A DNA stretch of 32,000 nt from positions 930,001-962,000 of the forward strand of contig NZ_CP047960.1 in assembly GCF_014280195.1 (NCBI RefSeq), in the 5' to 3' direction. This document shows, in pieces, positions 9,216 to 19,472 of this stretch. Each line of letters starts with the position of its first letter. Position 1 is the first letter of the stretch. The translations under genes were made by a program, and so were the position numbers. The DNA comes from Synechococcus sp. A15-24. Its GTDB lineage: Bacteria; Cyanobacteriota; Cyanobacteriia; PCC-6307; Cyanobiaceae. The notes beneath the pieces were generated by a model that had not been told where the DNA came from, did not search any database, and saw only the letters and a list, made by a program, of their open reading frames with translations.

Positions 9216-9485
9216 ATGCCCCTACAACACATGAGCTCCATGAGCCCTTTGATCCGGCCGCTGCGCAGCCTCGCCAATGGTGTCGGAATTGCTTGGTGGG
9301 CCCGTGTTGAGACCACCGGGCCCGATGTGACGTACTGGTTCGGTCCTTTCCTGACCCGTAAGGGACTGGAAGCTGAGCTCGCCACCTTTCTTGAGGATGT
9401 GGGTTCAGAGCAGCCCCAGTCCATTCGTCACACCCTGCTGCGCACCCGTCGCAGCGAACCATTGACCATCGCTGCCGAGGGGTGA
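9216..9485 (+). CDS. DUF1816-like cyanobacterial protein
   Basis: [32 protein letters not shown]...EPLTI matches the remembered DUF1816 pattern (AWW.E..T..P...Y.FGPF). Alternative ATG starts are at 9231 and 9240. Confidence 0.65.
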   Translation: MPLQHMSSMSPLIRPLRSLANGVGIAWWARVETTGPDVTYWFGPFLTRKGLEAELATFLEDVGSEQPQSIRHTLLRTRRSEPLTIAAEG

Positions 9486-9528
9486 TCCCGCGGCTGATAG
9501 CGTCGCTCCTGCAACAGATCGCAGTTTC

Positions 9529-10989
9529 ATGACGATCAGCGCGTGGCGTCAGCGACTGCAGGCTGGTGAAGTCTCATCCAGAGAGCTGGTGGATGAGCAT
9601 CTGCAGCGTTTGGAGCGGTCAGAGCCGTCGCTCAACGCCTTTGTGGAGGTCACAGCTGAACGGGCCCGCGCTGACGCCGATCGTGTTGATCAGGCCCGTG
9701 CTGCCGGTGAGGACCTCGGTCCGCTGGCGGGTCTGCCGCTGGCGATCAAGGACAACCTCTGCACCCGCGGTGTCCGCACCACCTGCTCGAGCCGCATGCT
9801 TGAACAGTTCGTGCCACCTTACGAGTCCACAGTGACGGATCGGCTCTGGGGCGCTGGAGCGGTGTTGGTGGGCAAAACCAATCTCGATGAATTTGCCATG
9901 GGCGGTTCCACCGAGACATCGGCCTTTGGTGCCACCAAAAACCCATGGAACATCGAGCACGTTCCCGGTGGCAGCTCCGGTGGTAGTGCTGCGGCCGTGG
10001 CATCGGGCAGTTGTCTTGCCTCCCTGGGCTCAGACACCGGTGGTTCGATCCGCCAGCCGGCATCGTTCTGTGGTGTTGTGGGCTTGAAACCCACCTACGG
10101 CAGGGTCAGTCGCTGGGGACTGGTCGCTTTTGCCAGTTCCCTGGATCAGGTCGGTCCCTTTGCCGGCTGTGTGGCGGATGCGGCTGAGCTGCTTCAGGTG
10201 ATTGCCGGTCACGACCAACGTGATTCCACCTGTTTGACAGCGGATGTTCCCGATTACAGCGCTGGTCTGGCTGCATCGATCAAGGGGCTGAGGGTCGGTG
10301 TGATCCGGGAATGCTTTAAAGCGGAAGGACTGGACGCTGAGGTCAAGGCTTCGGTGCAGGCATCTGCAGCCCAACTGGAGGCCCTCGGTGCCGAACTGGT
10401 GGATGTGAGCTGTCCACGCTTCAACGACGGCATCGCCACTTACTACGTCATCGCTCCGTCGGAGGCCTCGGCCAACCTGGCGCGTTACGACGGTGTGAAG
10501 TACGGCTTCCGTGCTGAGGACGCCGAGAGCCTGGCGTCAATGACGGCCCGAAGCCGTGCAGAAGGTTTTGGCGCGGAAGTGCAGCGGCGGATCCTGATCG
10601 GGACTTATGCCCTTTCGGCCGGTTATGTGGACGCCTACTACCGCAAGGCCCAGCAGGTTCGCACGCTGATTCGACGCGATTTCGATGCTGCGTTCCAGAA
10701 GGTGGATGTTCTCCTGACCCCTACGGCGCCGTCGCCGGCGTTCAAGGCGGGTGCCCATGCCGATGACCCGCTGGCGATGTATCTGGCAGACCTGCTCACG
10801 ATTCCGGTGAACCTGGCAGGTCTCCCGGCGATCAGTGTTCCCTGTGGATTCAGTACTGCTGGCTTGCCGATCGGGATGCAGCTGATCGGCAATGTGCTCG
10901 ACGAGGCGCGTCTGCTGCAGGTGGCTCACCAGTACGAACAGGCTGCTGATGTGTTCGCGCAACGCCCTGAGGCCTCTTTGGTCCCCTGA
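9529..10989 (+). CDS. gatA: Glutamyl-tRNA(Gln) amidotransferase subunit A
   Basis: Amidase signature [14 protein letters not shown]...[21 protein letters not shown] and [13 protein letters not shown] are present. 486 aa, the typical GatA length. Confidence 0.95.
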   Translation: MTISAWRQRLQAGEVSSRELVDEHLQRLERSEPSLNAFVEVTAERARADADRVDQARAAGEDLGPLAGLPLAIKDNLCTRGVRTTCSSRMLEQFVPPYESTVTDRLWGAGAVLVGKTNLDEFAMGGSTETSAFGATKNPWNIEHVPGGSSGGSAAAVASGSCLASLGSDTGGSIRQPASFCGVVGLKPTYGRVSRWGLVAFASSLDQVGPFAGCVADAAELLQVIAGHDQRDSTCLTADVPDYSAGLAASIKGLRVGVIRECFKAEGLDAEVKASVQASAAQLEALGAELVDVSCPRFNDGIATYYVIAPSEASANLARYDGVKYGFRAEDAESLASMTARSRAEGFGAEVQRRILIGTYALSAGYVDAYYRKAQQVRTLIRRDFDAAFQKVDVLLTPTAPSPAFKAGAHADDPLAMYLADLLTIPVNLAGLPAISVPCGFSTAGLPIGMQLIGNVLDEARLLQVAHQYEQAADVFAQRPEASLVP

Positions 10990-11057
10990 CCCACCACATC
11001 TGGTGCCCCAGTCATTGGTCGCACGCTTGATCTTGCGTTAGGTCCTAGGCTGGGACT

Positions 11058-14000
11058 ATGGCATTCGTTCCGCTCCACAACCACAGCGATTACAGCCTGC
11101 TGGATGGCGCATCGCAGCTTCCGGCCATGGTGGAGCGCGCCAAGGAACTGGGCATGCCTGCCATTGCCCTGACGGATCACGGGGTGATGTATGGCGCCAT
11201 CGAGCTGCTGAAACTATGCAAGGGCTCCGATCTCAAGCCGATCATCGGCAATGAGATGTATGTGATCAATGGATCCATCGATGATCCTCAGCCGAAGAAA
11301 GAGAAGCGCTACCACCTGGTTGTTCTTGCCAAGAATGCAGTCGGCTACCGCAACCTGGTGAAGCTGACGAGCATCAGCCATCTGCGGGGAATGCGGGGGC
11401 GGGGAATTTTCTCGCGCGCCTGCATTGATAAGCATCTTCTCAAGAGGTACAGGGAAGGATTGATCATCTCCACCGCCTGTCTCGGTGGAGAATTGCCGCA
11501 GGCGATCCTGCGGGGCCGGCCGGATGTTGCCCGCAATGTGGCCCGTTGGTATCAGGAGGTTTTCGGGGAAGATTTCTATCTCGAAATTCAGGATCATGGC
11601 TCTCCTGAAGACAGGATTGTCAACGTTGAACTGGTGCGCATTGCCCAGGAACTCGGCATCCAATTGGTGGCCACCAACGATGCTCATTACCTGAGCAAGC
11701 AGGATGTGGAGGCGCACGATGCCTTGCTTTGCGTGCTCACGGGCAAACTCATCAGCGACGAGAAACGACTTCGTTACACCGGCACGGAATACATCAAGAC
11801 CGAAGAGGAGATGAACCGACTCTTCGTGGATCATCTTGAGCCTGATGTTGTGCGTCAAGCCATCGCCAACACCGTGGCTGTTGCCGAGAAAGTTGAGGAC
11901 TACGACATCCTCGGCCACTACCAGATGCCTCGCTTTCCCATTCCTGAGGGACATACTGCGGTGACCTACCTGCGAGAGGTCACAGAGCGAGGTTTGCGGG
12001 AGAGACTCGAGCTGTCCTCCGATGCATCCATTCCGGAGAACTACGCCGAGCGGATGGCCCATGAGCTCAAAATCATGGAACAGATGGGTTTCCCCACCTA
12101 CTTCCTTGTGGTGTGGGATTACATCCGTTTCGCGCGTGAACAAAAGATTCCAGTGGGGCCCGGCCGAGGTTCGGCGGCGGGATCCCTTGTGGCTTATGCC
12201 CTTGGCATTACCAACATTGATCCGGTGACCAACGGATTGTTGTTTGAACGTTTCCTCAATCCGGAACGCAAATCCATGCCGGATATTGATACCGACTTCT
12301 GCATTGAACGCCGTGGTGAAGTGATTGATTACGTCACGGAACGCTATGGCGACGACAAAGTGGCCCAGATCATCACCTTCAACAGGATGACGTCCAAGGC
12401 GGTGCTGAAGGATGTGGCCAGGGTGTTGGACATTCCCTACGGCGATGCCGACCGGCTGGCGAAATTGATTCCTGTTGTCCGTGGAAAGCCCGCCAAATTG
12501 AAGGCCATGATTGGTGAGGAGTCACCAACGCCGGAATTTCGTGAGAAATACGAATCCGACCCTGTTGTTAAGCGCTGGGTGGATATGGCCATGCGCATCG
12601 AGGGAACCAATAAAACCTTTGGTGTGCATGCAGCGGGTGTGGTGATTGCTGCTGATCCATTGGATGAATTGGTGCCATTGCAGCGCAACAACGATGGTCA
12701 GGTGATCACGCAGTACTTCATGGAAGACGTGGAATCCATGGGTCTGTTGAAGATGGACTTTCTGGGCCTCAAGAATCTCACGATGATTGATAAAACCCTG
12801 GAATTGGTGGAAGTCAGCAGCGGAACGCGGCTGGATCCCGACAAGCTCCCGGCTGAGGATGCCGACACCTTCGCATTGTTGGCCCGTGGGGATCTGGAAG
12901 GCATCTTCCAGCTGGAGTCCAGTGGCATGCGACAGATCGTCCGTGATCTGAAGCCGTCTTCCCTGGAGGACATTTCATCAATCCTGGCGCTGTATCGACC
13001 TGGTCCTTTGGATGCCGGCCTGATTCCCAAATTCATCAACCGCAAACATGGCCGCGAAGCCATTGACTTCGCCCACACGATTCTGGAACCAATTCTGAGT
13101 GAAACCTACGGAATCATGGTCTACCAGGAGCAGATCATGCGCATTGCCCAGGACCTCGCCGGTTATTCCCTCGGCCAGGCAGATCTGCTCCGGCGGGCGA
13201 TGGGCAAGAAAAAAGTGGCGGAGATGCAGAAACATCGCGGCATCTTCGTGAAGGGTGCTGCCGAGCGGGGTGTGGACGAGGCGGTCTCGGATGAACTGTT
13301 TGATCAGATGGTGTTGTTCGCTGAATACTGTTTCAACAAGAGCCATTCCACGGCCTATGGCGCCGTCACCTATCAAACGGCCTATCTGAAAGCGCATTAC
13401 CCCGTCGCTTACATGGCCGCCCTGCTCACGGTGAATGCCGGCGCAGCCGACAAGGTGCAGCGTTACATCGCCAATTGCAATGCCATGGGCATCGAGGTGA
13501 TGCCACCGGACGTCAATGCCTCCCGCACAGATTTCACTCCGAACGGCGATCGCATCCTCTTCGGTTTGTCCGCTGTTCGAAACCTTGGTGATGGGGCCAT
13601 CCGTCAGTTGATTCGTTCACGGGATATCGATGGCCCGTTCCGTTCTCTCCCGGATCTTTGTGATCGGATCCCTTCCTCGGTGCTCAACCGCCGCGGACTG
13701 GAATCTCTGATTCACTGCGGTGCCTTGGATTCCATGGATCCAGCCGCCAACCGAGCCCAGTTGATGGCTGATCTCGATCTTCTCCTCGACTGGGCTTCGT
13801 CGAGGGCCAAGGACCGTGACAGTGGCCAGGGCAACCTGTTTGACCTGATGGCAGCTCCGAACGATGAGGACGGCGCCTCTGATCTCAGCCTCGCTCCCAA
13901 GGCCGCTCCGGTGGCGGATTACGGCCCAGCCGAGAAGCTCAAGTTGGAAAAAGAGTTATTTGGATTTTATCTGTCTGACCATCCGCTCAAGCAACTCACT

Positions 14001-14576
14001 CCCAGTGCTCGACTCCTCGCACCCATCGGCCTGGGGGCGCTTGAGGAGCAACCGGACAAAGCCAAGGTCAGTGCCGTCACGATGATCACTGAGTTGCGTC
14101 AGGTCACCACCCGCAAGGGGGACCGAATGGCGATCCTTCAGCTGGAGGATCTCTCGGGCAGTTGCGAAGCCGTGGTGTTTCCCAAGAGTTATGCCCGACT
14201 GGCGGACCATCTGATGACAGAGGCGCGTCTTCTCGTCTGGGCAGGCGTCGATCGCCGGGATGATCGCGTGCAGTTGATCATTGATGACTGCCGGGTCATT
14301 GACGACCTCGCTGTTCTTCTCGTCGAACTCTCCTCTCAGCAGGCCAGCGACATCGCCATCCAACACAAGTTGAGGGAGTGCTTGACGCAATATCGACCTG
14401 AGCGTGAGGAACTTGGCGTCAAGGTGCCCGTTATTGCAGCGGTTCGCGAGGGTCAATCAGTTCGCTATGTCCGGCTGGGTTCTCAGTTCTGCGTCAAGGA
14501 CGCGGAAGCTGCGCTGCAAGCCCTGAAGACGCAGGCCTTCACGGCCCGTCATTCAGAGCCCATGGTGCTGGGTTGA
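11058..14576 (+). CDS. dnaE: DNA polymerase III alpha subunit DnaE (contiguous, no intein)
   Basis: 1172 aa. PHP domain [17 protein letters not shown]. Polymerase core [24 protein letters not shown] and [11 protein letters not shown]-terminal OB-fold region is present. Confidence 0.97.
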   Translation: MAFVPLHNHSDYSLLDGASQLPAMVERAKELGMPAIALTDHGVMYGAIELLKLCKGSDLKPIIGNEMYVINGSIDDPQPKKEKRYHLVVLAKNAVGYRNLVKLTSISHLRGMRGRGIFSRACIDKHLLKRYREGLIISTACLGGELPQAILRGRPDVARNVARWYQEVFGEDFYLEIQDHGSPEDRIVNVELVRIAQELGIQLVATNDAHYLSKQDVEAHDALLCVLTGKLISDEKRLRYTGTEYIKTEEEMNRLFVDHLEPDVVRQAIANTVAVAEKVEDYDILGHYQMPRFPIPEGHTAVTYLREVTERGLRERLELSSDASIPENYAERMAHELKIMEQMGFPTYFLVVWDYIRFAREQKIPVGPGRGSAAGSLVAYALGITNIDPVTNGLLFERFLNPERKSMPDIDTDFCIERRGEVIDYVTERYGDDKVAQIITFNRMTSKAVLKDVARVLDIPYGDADRLAKLIPVVRGKPAKLKAMIGEESPTPEFREKYESDPVVKRWVDMAMRIEGTNKTFGVHAAGVVIAADPLDELVPLQRNNDGQVITQYFMEDVESMGLLKMDFLGLKNLTMIDKTLELVEVSSGTRLDPDKLPAEDADTFALLARGDLEGIFQLESSGMRQIVRDLKPSSLEDISSILALYRPGPLDAGLIPKFINRKHGREAIDFAHTILEPILSETYGIMVYQEQIMRIAQDLAGYSLGQADLLRRAMGKKKVAEMQKHRGIFVKGAAERGVDEAVSDELFDQMVLFAEYCFNKSHSTAYGAVTYQTAYLKAHYPVAYMAALLTVNAGAADKVQRYIANCNAMGIEVMPPDVNASRTDFTPNGDRILFGLSAVRNLGDGAIRQLIRSRDIDGPFRSLPDLCDRIPSSVLNRRGLESLIHCGALDSMDPAANRAQLMADLDLLLDWASSRAKDRDSGQGNLFDLMAAPNDEDGASDLSLAPKAAPVADYGPAEKLKLEKELFGFYLSDHPLKQLTPSARLLAPIGLGALEEQPDKAKVSAVTMITELRQVTTRKGDRMAILQLEDLSGSCEAVVFPKSYARLADHLMTEARLLVWAGVDRRDDRVQLIIDDCRVIDDLAVLLVELSSQQASDIAIQHKLRECLTQYRPEREELGVKVPVIAAVREGQSVRYVRLGSQFCVKDAEAALQALKTQAFTARHSEPMVLG

Positions 14577-14993
14577 TCAGTCGGACTTGTTCTGTTGTTT
14601 CTGAGCTTTGATCGACTGGCGCATCCGTTGAACGTTGGGTTTGAGATTCTCCATACCAAGCAGCGAACCGGGCTGTTGATCCCAGCTGGAGCTCAGCACC
14701 CCAAAACTCAGCCCCACCAGCCCGAGTAGAAAAAAGAAGCCGGAACCCGCCAAAGTCAGCCCGGGCGCGATGTCAGCGATACCCTTGGTGATGAGCAGAT
14801 AGCTGCCAACAAAAACGCCCATGCCGGCAACAGTCGGCAAACCTGTGAACACCGCCACACGACGAGCCATCCTGTCAGCGACATAACGGGGAATGGCCTC
14901 CTGGCGGATGGCTGGGTCGTTTCCGTCGCCTTTGGAACCACCCTTTTTGGAACCCTTGGGCTCAAAGGGCAGTGACTGACGGTCCTCAGGCAT
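14577..14993 (-). CDS. PAM68-family photosystem II assembly factor (DUF3464, Sll0933-like)
   Basis: LPFEPKGSKKG...IPRYVADRMARRVAVFTGLPT...LVGLSFGVLSSSWD aligns by eye with Synechocystis Sll0933 (LPFEPK..., IPEVVSRRM, GLSYGIFSASWD). Two TM helices. Confidence 0.85.
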   Translation of the reverse strand: MPEDRQSLPFEPKGSKKGGSKGDGNDPAIRQEAIPRYVADRMARRVAVFTGLPTVAGMGVFVGSYLLITKGIADIAPGLTLAGSGFFFLLGLVGLSFGVLSSSWDQQPGSLLGMENLKPNVQRMRQSIKAQKQQNKSD

Positions 14994-15004
14994 GGTGCGC
15001 TCGA

Positions 15005-15274
15005 TCAGCCGCGGATGCCCAGTTTGGCGATGATCTCGGTGTACCGCTGCTCGCTCTTGTTACGCATGTAGCTCAGCAGGCGCTTACGCCGACCAATCAT
15101 CTTCAGCAACCCCTGGCGCGAGGAGAAGTCGTGGATGTTGTTCTGGAGGTGGCTGCTGAGACGGTTGATCCGCTCGCTCAGCATGGCGACCTGGACCTCC
15201 GCGGAACCGGTGTCGGTGCCGTGGGTTTGGTGAGTGTTGATCAGCTGTTGCTTCTCGGTGGTATCAAGCGACAT
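15005..15274 (-). CDS. rpsO: 30S ribosomal protein S15
   Basis: 89 aa. [22 protein letters not shown]...[23 protein letters not shown] is canonical S15. Confidence 0.97.
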   Translation of the reverse strand: MSLDTTEKQQLINTHQTHGTDTGSAEVQVAMLSERINRLSSHLQNNIHDFSSRQGLLKMIGRRKRLLSYMRNKSEQRYTEIIAKLGIRG

Positions 15275-15318
15275 GCGCGGGGTGCAGCCCTGTCAGTGCA
15301 AACAACCACCTTACCCGG

Positions 15319-15936
15319 TCATGGTCCCAAAAAAGACATAAGCTTGATGCAAGCCCTCAGCCAGGCGTCATCGTCATCACCGTCCTGGGGACCTCCGATG
15401 CTGCTCAGTCGTTGCAGCGCGCTTTGGATCTCATGGGTTTCGTAGCCGAGGGTCTCCAGTGTTGCGATGAGGTCAGGAGGAACAGAATCCACCTGATTGA
15501 GATCTGGATCGATGGAACCATCGCTGTCCACCAGCCGAGTGCGTAGCTCCAGAGCAAGACGTTCAGCGGTTCGTTTGCCCACTCCTTTTGCTCTGCAGAG
15601 GGTGTTGATGTCGGAGTGGACCAGAGCCCTTACAAGTTCGTTTGGCTTACAGGCATCGAGTAAGGACAATCCGGCCTGAGGCCCCACACCGCTCACTTGG
15701 ATCAGCTCCCTGAACAGGTCCCGTTCAGCCACTTGCAGAAATCCGAACAGTTGAAGGCTGTCAGCACTGACCACTTGATGAATCCAGAATTCATGGACTT
15801 TTCCAGTTGACAGAGTTTGCCAGTCCCGTTGAACGAGATAAACCTCGTAGCCGATGCCGCCACAACCAATCAGAACAAGGTTGCGTGACCTGCGTTGGTC
15901 CCGATGCTGGATCTCACCCTTCAGCCAGCCAATCAT
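15319..15936 (-). CDS. ruvA: Holliday junction branch-migration complex subunit RuvA
   Basis: MIGWLKGEI...GIGYEV...LFGF...ERDLFRELIQVSGVGPQAGLSLL...LCRAKGVGKRTAERL: OB domain, two HhH motifs and a C-terminal domain III. Confidence 0.93.
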   Translation of the reverse strand: MIGWLKGEIQHRDQRRSRNLVLIGCGGIGYEVYLVQRDWQTLSTGKVHEFWIHQVVSADSLQLFGFLQVAERDLFRELIQVSGVGPQAGLSLLDACKPNELVRALVHSDINTLCRAKGVGKRTAERLALELRTRLVDSDGSIDPDLNQVDSVPPDLIATLETLGYETHEIQSALQRLSSIGGPQDGDDDDAWLRACIKLMSFLGP

Positions 15937-16017
15937 TGCTTGAACTCAATCAATGGATCGTAAACGTGTCGAATCGGGTTTTAATTGAGCTTCAGGTTAA
16001 CAAGTGCTTGCTGAAGC

Positions 16018-16045
16018 TTGACGCTTGAAGGCCAAGACCTAAAAT
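16018..16045 (+). promoter_or_regulatory. Putative sigma70-type promoter for the island mrp operon
   Basis: TTGACG (16018-16023), a 16-nt spacer, then TAAAAT (16040-16045). A GGGAG Shine-Dalgarno-like element lies at 16046-16050, ahead of the ATG at 16063. The element is very close to the start codon, so the leader would be very short. Motif match only. Confidence 0.3.
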
Positions 16046-16062
16046 GGGAGAACGGCTCCACC

Positions 16063-16410
16063 ATGATGGAATTAACTCCTGAAAAAATAAGACTTATTCC
16101 GATGGTCGCCTTGATCATCATTGGCTGTTTCGGATTGTTGAATTCAAAATCGATTCTGCGCTCACTTTTTTCCCTCGACGTCATTGACACTGCGACAATC
16201 AGCATTTTTGTTTTGATCGCCGCCTCTGGCGGAGCGCAAACTCCGATTGTTGCAGAGAGTCGCTACAGCCAGTATTCGGATCCTTACCCACAAGCAATTA
16301 TTCTGACTGCCATTGTGATTGGTTTTGCAACGCAGGCTTTGCTCTGTGCGATTGCTTTGCGTTTGGGGCGTCAATCCCCAATGCTTCGCTATAGGAACCT
16401 AGAGAAGTGA
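16063..16410 (+). CDS. mrpC: Mrp/Mnh cation:proton antiporter subunit C (NuoK-like)
   Basis: Three TM helices. DPYPQAIILTAIVIGFATQALL matches the MnhC/NuoK motif (DPLPQALVLTAIVI.F). The likely start is ATG 16063 (MMELTPEK), preceded by GGGAG. Confidence 0.85.
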   Translation: MMELTPEKIRLIPMVALIIIGCFGLLNSKSILRSLFSLDVIDTATISIFVLIAASGGAQTPIVAESRYSQYSDPYPQAIILTAIVIGFATQALLCAIALRLGRQSPMLRYRNLEK

Positions 16411-17948
16411 TGGATTCTCAAATTCTTTTGCCGGCTTTGATTTTTTTGCCTGCAGCGCTGGGTTTTTTGGGATGTGTTCTTCCCAGAATTGTTTTCCCAG
16501 TAAGTGTGGCGATGCTTCTTGCGTATGCCTTCCTGTCTCAAAACCTGATCGGTTCCGGAGTCTCTTACGTCTTCACTTTGGTTGGTGAAGGAGGTATTCA
16601 ATTCTCTATTGATTTGTATACGTTTCCGCTCGTCTTCGGAAGCTCGATCACACTATTAATCTGCTTTGGTCTTTTTTATCGGCGATTCTCTCACTACTTT
16701 TATCAAGTCTGCTTGGTTCTTTTCACTGCATTGTTGATTGCCTTCAGCACAGTTGATCTCGTTAGCATGTTTATTGCTCTCGAATTGGTTGGGTTCGCTG
16801 CATTTTTATTGATTGCCGATCGTAGTGATAAAAAATCACTTTTCCATGCTTTTCAGTACTTGATAGGCGGAGGCCTTGCAATGCTGATCTACCTCATTGG
16901 TGTTGTGCAGGCTTTTACATACACAGGGTCTTTTTTGTTGACTGATCTTGTTCGAGCCCCTGAAACGGCTTTGTGTTTGATCGTTGCGGGGCTTCTCACA
17001 AAATCAGGAGTCTTTTTGTGTGGTTTGTGGGTCCCAAACATCTATTCACACGCTAACTGTCAATCCTCTGCTGTTCTGTCGGGTTGTGTGACCTGTGCCG
17101 GCATTGCTCCGATTGCACGCATGAGTCAGATTCTGATTCCGATCGGTGACTCAATGGTTGTTATCGGTGTCGTCAGTGCTGTTGTGGCGGCAATTTATGC
17201 GGTTTTTGAACGAGAGAGTGGTCGTGCTTTGGGGTGGAGCTCTGTTTCACAACTTGGAATTGCAATACTTTCACCCACATATGCTTGTGCATATGCCATG
17301 CAACATGGAATTTGCAAAGCACTTCTCTTCTCAACTCTTCACACCAAAGATCGCTCTAAACTGAGTGACGACAGCGTCAGCCACTTACACAATCAATTGG
17401 AGAATGTCCCATCTCTTCCAGTGGAGGAGTTCATCCGTGTGATTGTGTTTGTTGTCGCAAGTCTTTCGATCATGGGCTTTCCATATTTAAGCGGTTTCAT
17501 TACCAAGAATTGGGTTAAAACAGATTTACCCTATGAAGCTAAGATCATTTACACAACGGCTGCTTTATTAACATCAACCGTTTATGCTCGCTTGATTTTT
17601 GATAGAGTTTCTAATTTTATTGACCATCAACAGCCTCAGACTGTTTTGGCACTTAGACGAATTAGCCTTAACATAATTGATGTGCTGTCGACTCCCAGGC
17701 TATGGATCTTGTTGGTATCAATAATTTCTCTTATATACTTTTCTTTTGTTGATACTACTTTATATTCAACCCCATCAATTCGCTCAGCAATTGTTTCAGC
17801 CATTCTTGGTGGGATTCTGTTTATATCAGTGGTCGGAATTCAAGCCGACGAATTTGTAAAGCCTATCACTCGCACACTTGATCTCGTTGGTGCACCGTTC
17901 CTTGTTGCAGCCTTGCTACTTGCCAACCTTCTATACCTAAAAATCTGA
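16410..17948 (+). CDS. mrpD: Mrp/Mnh antiporter subunit D (NuoM/N-type proton-conducting antiporter-like subunit), divergent
   Basis: About 512 aa, polytopic. TM5-like Glu (FIALELVGFAAFLLI), TM7-like Lys (LLTKSGVFLCGLWVPNIY) and SQLG (WSSVSQLGIA) are typical of the NuoL/M/N/MrpA/D family. The usual APTPVSALLH stretch is degenerate (HANCQSSAVLSG). The ATG overlaps the mrpC stop (TGATG). Confidence 0.85.
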   Translation: MDSQILLPALIFLPAALGFLGCVLPRIVFPVSVAMLLAYAFLSQNLIGSGVSYVFTLVGEGGIQFSIDLYTFPLVFGSSITLLICFGLFYRRFSHYFYQVCLVLFTALLIAFSTVDLVSMFIALELVGFAAFLLIADRSDKKSLFHAFQYLIGGGLAMLIYLIGVVQAFTYTGSFLLTDLVRAPETALCLIVAGLLTKSGVFLCGLWVPNIYSHANCQSSAVLSGCVTCAGIAPIARMSQILIPIGDSMVVIGVVSAVVAAIYAVFERESGRALGWSSVSQLGIAILSPTYACAYAMQHGICKALLFSTLHTKDRSKLSDDSVSHLHNQLENVPSLPVEEFIRVIVFVVASLSIMGFPYLSGFITKNWVKTDLPYEAKIIYTTAALLTSTVYARLIFDRVSNFIDHQQPQTVLALRRISLNIIDVLSTPRLWILLVSIISLIYFSFVDTTLYSTPSIRSAIVSAILGGILFISVVGIQADEFVKPITRTLDLVGAPFLVAALLLANLLYLKI

Positions 17949-18385
17949 TGACCAATTTTATTCGACTTTCTATTCTGTTGCTTTTCCGACTTTTATGTTG
18001 GTGTCTAGTGACCTCAAGCTTTGAATCAAGTAATATCATTTTTGGCCTCGTTGTTTGCGTATTGATCCCATTTGGTGATTTTCGTAAACTTCAACTCAAG
18101 GCTTTAATTCCTGAGCTCTTGCTGACATTGCGTCTTCCATTTGATATGCTGAAAGAAAGTATTCAATTGATTCTGATTCAACATCCCATTGATCTATTTG
18201 TTCATGAGAAGGTTAGTTCTAGAACACGAAATGGTTCTAGATTTGCCGAGTTCTTGGATTTATTTCGAATCACTTTTACCCCAATGTCTCTTGTTTTACG
18301 CAGGATTGACATTGATCAGTGGAGAGTCCATCTAGTTGGTTCGTCACAATCGGATTATGATCAGAATGTGAGGGATACGTTATGA
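17948..18385 (+). CDS. mrpE: Mrp/Mnh antiporter subunit E (tentative)
   Basis: 145 aa with two N-terminal TM helices followed by a soluble domain, which is MnhE-like in size and topology. Its position between the D and F subunits fits, and the start overlaps the mrpD stop (TGATG). Sequence similarity is weak by eye. Confidence 0.6.
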   Translation: MTNFIRLSILLLFRLLCWCLVTSSFESSNIIFGLVVCVLIPFGDFRKLQLKALIPELLLTLRLPFDMLKESIQLILIQHPIDLFVHEKVSSRTRNGSRFAEFLDLFRITFTPMSLVLRRIDIDQWRVHLVGSSQSDYDQNVRDTL

Positions 18386-18660
18386 AAAATATTGATCTCG
18401 TACCCCTCGAGATTATTGAATACAGCATCATTTATATGATGCTGTTGATCAGTATGATTCCAGTTGTTGCTATTTCAAGGACGACTAATACTCCTGAAAG
18501 AATAGCTTATGCTTCAAGTTTTGGCAGTAAACTTGCTTTTATTGTTATTGCAGCAGGTATCTTCAGAGGTGATTGGATGATTGGTTGTATTGGTGCCTTC
18601 ATTCTTATTGTTGGTGATGCTGGCATGTTGATTCTTTCTCTTTTGGAGTTGAAAATCTAA
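18382..18660 (+). CDS. mrpF: Mrp/Mnh antiporter subunit F (tentative)
   Basis: 92 aa, three TM helices. TNTPERIAYASSFGSK resembles the MnhF GPT..DR..A.D motif. ATGA overlap with mrpE. Confidence 0.6.
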   Translation: MKNIDLVPLEIIEYSIIYMMLLISMIPVVAISRTTNTPERIAYASSFGSKLAFIVIAAGIFRGDWMIGCIGAFILIVGDAGMLILSLLELKI

Positions 18661-18927
18661 ATGTTAAATCTACTTTCATTCGCAATTCTTTTTATCGGCT
18701 TAATTTTTTGGCTATGGGGCACATTGCCTATTGTTAATCGAGAACATTCAATATTTTATAAGCTACATACTCTTACAGTTTCAGATAGTGTTGGTTCACT
18801 CCTAATTCTTCTGGCCTTGTTGATTCGTGCTCCGCAATATTGGCCTATTTTTTTAGTAACGGCAATCTCTTTATCACTTTGGAATACTGTTTTTAGTTAC
18901 ATTATTGGTAACATCTCTAATCGTTAA
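18661..18927 (+). CDS. mrpG: Mrp/Mnh antiporter subunit G
   Basis: 88 aa, three TM helices. FYKLHTLTVSDSVGSLLILLAL resembles the MnhG Y.RLHA..K..TLG motif. It starts immediately after the mrpF stop. Confidence 0.68.
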   Translation: MLNLLSFAILFIGLIFWLWGTLPIVNREHSIFYKLHTLTVSDSVGSLLILLALLIRAPQYWPIFLVTAISLSLWNTVFSYIIGNISNR

Positions 18928-19472
18928 TGATGATTGATTTTCTAAGTACAGCTCTGCTCCTTCCGTTCGAGCTTCTACTTCCCATACTTGGCATCCTTCT
19001 AATTCAATCACAATCTCCAATAAACAGTTTAATTTATAGATCATTTTTGGGTAGCATTGCTGCTTTGATTTATGCATTAATTGGTGCACCTGACGTTGCA
19101 CTCACCGAAGTTATGGTAGGGACTCTACTGTCCTCGCTGATTTATATTGTTACAATACGCTCTTGCTATACAATTGTAATTATCGTCGATACAAATAATC
19201 CTCCGCACAAAAATATAAAAGATTGCTTGAAGTTAATTTTTGACGAACTGCATTTAAAAATTGAATACCAGTCAGAGGTCTTCACAGATTCTTGCGCAGA
19301 TAATTTGGTTTTTCTTTCTTCAGCCAAGTCATCAGGTTCACCTCATGCATTGATTCACAATTCCACCTGTTTCTTTGAAGTCCAATCTTTACTCGATGAT
19401 GTCACTCTGACAGACTCTAGTAAATTTCTGGAAGATAAAATTACTCTTTGTTTATTACCTTCTCGACCATGA
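18927..19472 (+). CDS. DUF4040 membrane protein (MrpA C-terminal / MbhD-like subunit) with a non-membrane C-terminal extension of about 100 aa
   Basis: The N-terminal about 80 aa has three TM helices and the motif GAPDVALTEVMVGT, characteristic of the MnhB-N/DUF4040 segment of MrpA. Residues from about 85 to 181 are hydrophilic with no recognised domain. TAATG overlap with mrpG. Confidence 0.72.
   Translation: MMIDFLSTALLLPFELLLPILGILLIQSQSPINSLIYRSFLGSIAALIYALIGAPDVALTEVMVGTLLSSLIYIVTIRSCYTIVIIVDTNNPPHKNIKDCLKLIFDELHLKIEYQSEVFTDSCADNLVFLSSAKSSGSPHALIHNSTCFFEVQSLLDDVTLTDSSKFLEDKITLCLLPSRP

Noticed and set aside
11214-12143. 309-aa minus-strand ORF inside dnaE
   Set aside because: It is antisense to the PHP/polymerase core of DnaE and shows no independent motif support.
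11058-14576. Possibility of a split or intein-containing dnaE, as in many cyanobacteria
   Set aside because: The ORF is one contiguous 1172-aa frame with normal domain order. There is no Cys/Ser-initiated insertion and no HN-terminal intein block.
15937-16017. Search for att-like direct repeats at the island borders (15937-16017 versus 24000-24100)
   Set aside because: I found only a 7-nt inverted match (cgaatcgg versus ccgattc), which is not distinguishable from chance. This was not an exhaustive computation.
15981-16374. Minus-strand ORFs within the island (15981-16205, 16162-16374, 16389-16601, 18874-19101, 23197-23604, 23657-23851, 23842-24066)
   Set aside because: All lie antisense to the tightly packed plus-strand operon genes. 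Their translations are Lys/Asn/Arg-rich or Ser/Arg-rich, as expected from reverse frames, and none has motif support.
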